From Phoronis australis (Eukaryota > Animalia > Phoronida), in assembly GCA_002633005.1 (NCBI GenBank), contig NMRA01000266.1, positions 12,544-76,543 of the forward strand: DNA of 64,000 nucleotides, given 5' to 3'. This document shows, in pieces, positions 62,400-64,000 of the stretch. Made by a program: the position numbers and the translations under genes. How positions within the stretch are numbered: the stretch's first letter is position 1; each line of letters starts with the position of its first letter. The notes beneath the pieces were generated by a model. That model made no database searches. It saw only the letters and a list, made by a program, of their open reading frames with translations, and was not told the DNA's origin.

Positions 62400-62800
62400 T
62401 CAAACTACTTGCATGGACGTTCCTGTTTGACCAGATAACGTGTATCACCTTTGTCACATTTTTGTCATAACTTCGTTTTGGAACTCCCCCACTTAATATT
62501 GAAACTGGTATGTTTTCTAACAATCATCTCAGTAACAGACTTTGTTTGCTTTGTAATTTGCACGCTGATGATCATAAAATTCATTTTCTTTGCCATTGTC
62601 CATTTTACAAAGATTTCAAAGTTTTGTTGTTTGATAAAATCACACTTATTCCCTCGGTTCTCGACAAGTTCAGTTCTGAAGACAACATAGCTATTTTATG
62701 AAATATTTTTTGTAATTATCTGGCTAAATATATAGAATAAGCTTTTAATAGGTGACAAAATTTTCTGTTCCTTTATTTACATAAATACTTTTGAGTTCAT
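62400..62800 (+). mobile_element. L2/CR1-group LINE 3' fragment
   Basis: RFGTPPLNIETG..RLCLLC....HFLCHCPFY, the same motif set as 390-1450. Confidence 0.65.
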
Positions 62801-63067
62801 ATCCTATGGTACATGTATGAGGATTGCGGTTCTTGGATTTTGTTTCATGTGACTAATTGACTGCACGACCAGATTGGAGAAAAGGACTCATGGGAAAACA
62901 CGTTGCATAAACGTAAAACTGAAATCCAGCAAGGATATTAGAAAATTTTAAGGAAAAGACTGGATCTCACAGAAAAAAGGGTTATGGAGTAACCAATGAC
63001 GTTTCGTTGTTAGGTTGCACAGTCAGTTTCTCAGGCTGTGACGTAATGCGACGTAAATGCCCGTGCA

Positions 63068-63219
63068 GGCGTGCGTTCAGTAACGCTAGGACCTACGCCA
63101 GGACCTAGCTAAAATCTAGCCAAAGTCACGTGTTCTTATTTGAAATACACGGCAATATCTCACGTAACTTCGCGAGATCTTGCTTTTTAGCGAGGTCCTA
63201 GCCTTACTGAACGGGAAGC
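63068..63219 (-). mobile_element. About 150-bp MITE, inverted copy of 5561-5712
   Basis: Reverse-complement similarity over its full length. Confidence 0.65.
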
Positions 63220-64000
63220 AGGTGAACAGCCCAATTACATAACTGATGTGGGCACATAAGACGGTATTGGGGCATGAGTTTGACTATACATATCGGCAAG
63301 GTGTGTGATAGTTTTTTGAACTCACGTTTCAGGGTTTAACAGGACCAAAATTGTACTGACTATGGAGCTGATCCATTGCATTCTTTTAAAAGGCATCAGC
63401 TGCGCATTGTTATTTGCAGAGTCGGTTCGGACAAAAACATTGGTAACACTAAATGTACTCTAACGCAGGAAATAGTGTAGTAGATTACGTTCATTGCAGT
63501 GAATCAATTGCACATGAATTTTGATGCGGGTTTTCCAGATTGATTCAAATCACTTCCGCTGGAATTTTCTGTACGTGTTAACAAGCCAGAACTTTGCTTC
63601 AATCAATCTGTGTTTAAAAAGATAACCAGTATGATATCGCTGACAATTCCCTGTTATGAGACTTATAAAGATAGTTATGTTGATCTGTTAGGTTCAAATC
63701 TAGATCACGAGTTCACGAATTTATTTGACAATGGCCTTGCCTATAATTTGAGCAATGTTTCTGTTGACCAACCGACAAACTTAATCTAGTGTAGTGCACC
63801 ATGTGATGTTGTGCAGAATAATTTGAATAGAAACCAAAAAAAACAGGTTCAGTTTGATCAAATATGCGAAGTATTGAAAACTGAAACTTAGCGGAGTATA
63901 AGTAAATTCTTAAAATTCAGTAATGAATCTTCCTTTTTACTTTGGTTTATTAACTCGTGCCAAAAAAAACGGACATGTGCGAAAATGTCTGCGGACAAAC

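Overview
Eukaryotic, AT-rich, intron- and transposon-rich DNA that looks like an invertebrate animal genome; no prokaryotic features. The main feature is a minus-strand gene (about 33617 -> 95, continuing off the left edge) assembled by hand from GT-AG exons. It has a putative 3-codon start exon, then two tandem ankyrin domains, each made of an N-cap exon, four internal one-repeat-per-exon phase 0-0 exons and a C-cap exon. These are followed by a linker exon and the first exon of a FAM111-like/Trypsin_2 serine protease domain. The internal ankyrin exons were multiplied by local tandem duplications (about 0.46-kb and 3.7-kb units). Their differences are mostly amino-acid-changing and cluster at the ligand-binding ('DARPin-randomised') positions, suggesting a diversifying sensor-protease. 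The rest is mobile DNA: two piggyBac elements (one nearly intact, one 5'-truncated and associated with a 2.6-kb duplication), a non-autonomous P-like element with a THAP exon, Kolobok-, Harbinger- and Tc1/mariner-type MITEs, a nested palindromic foldback, a tRNA-derived SINE head and decayed LINE fragments. There is one assembly gap (13753-14504).
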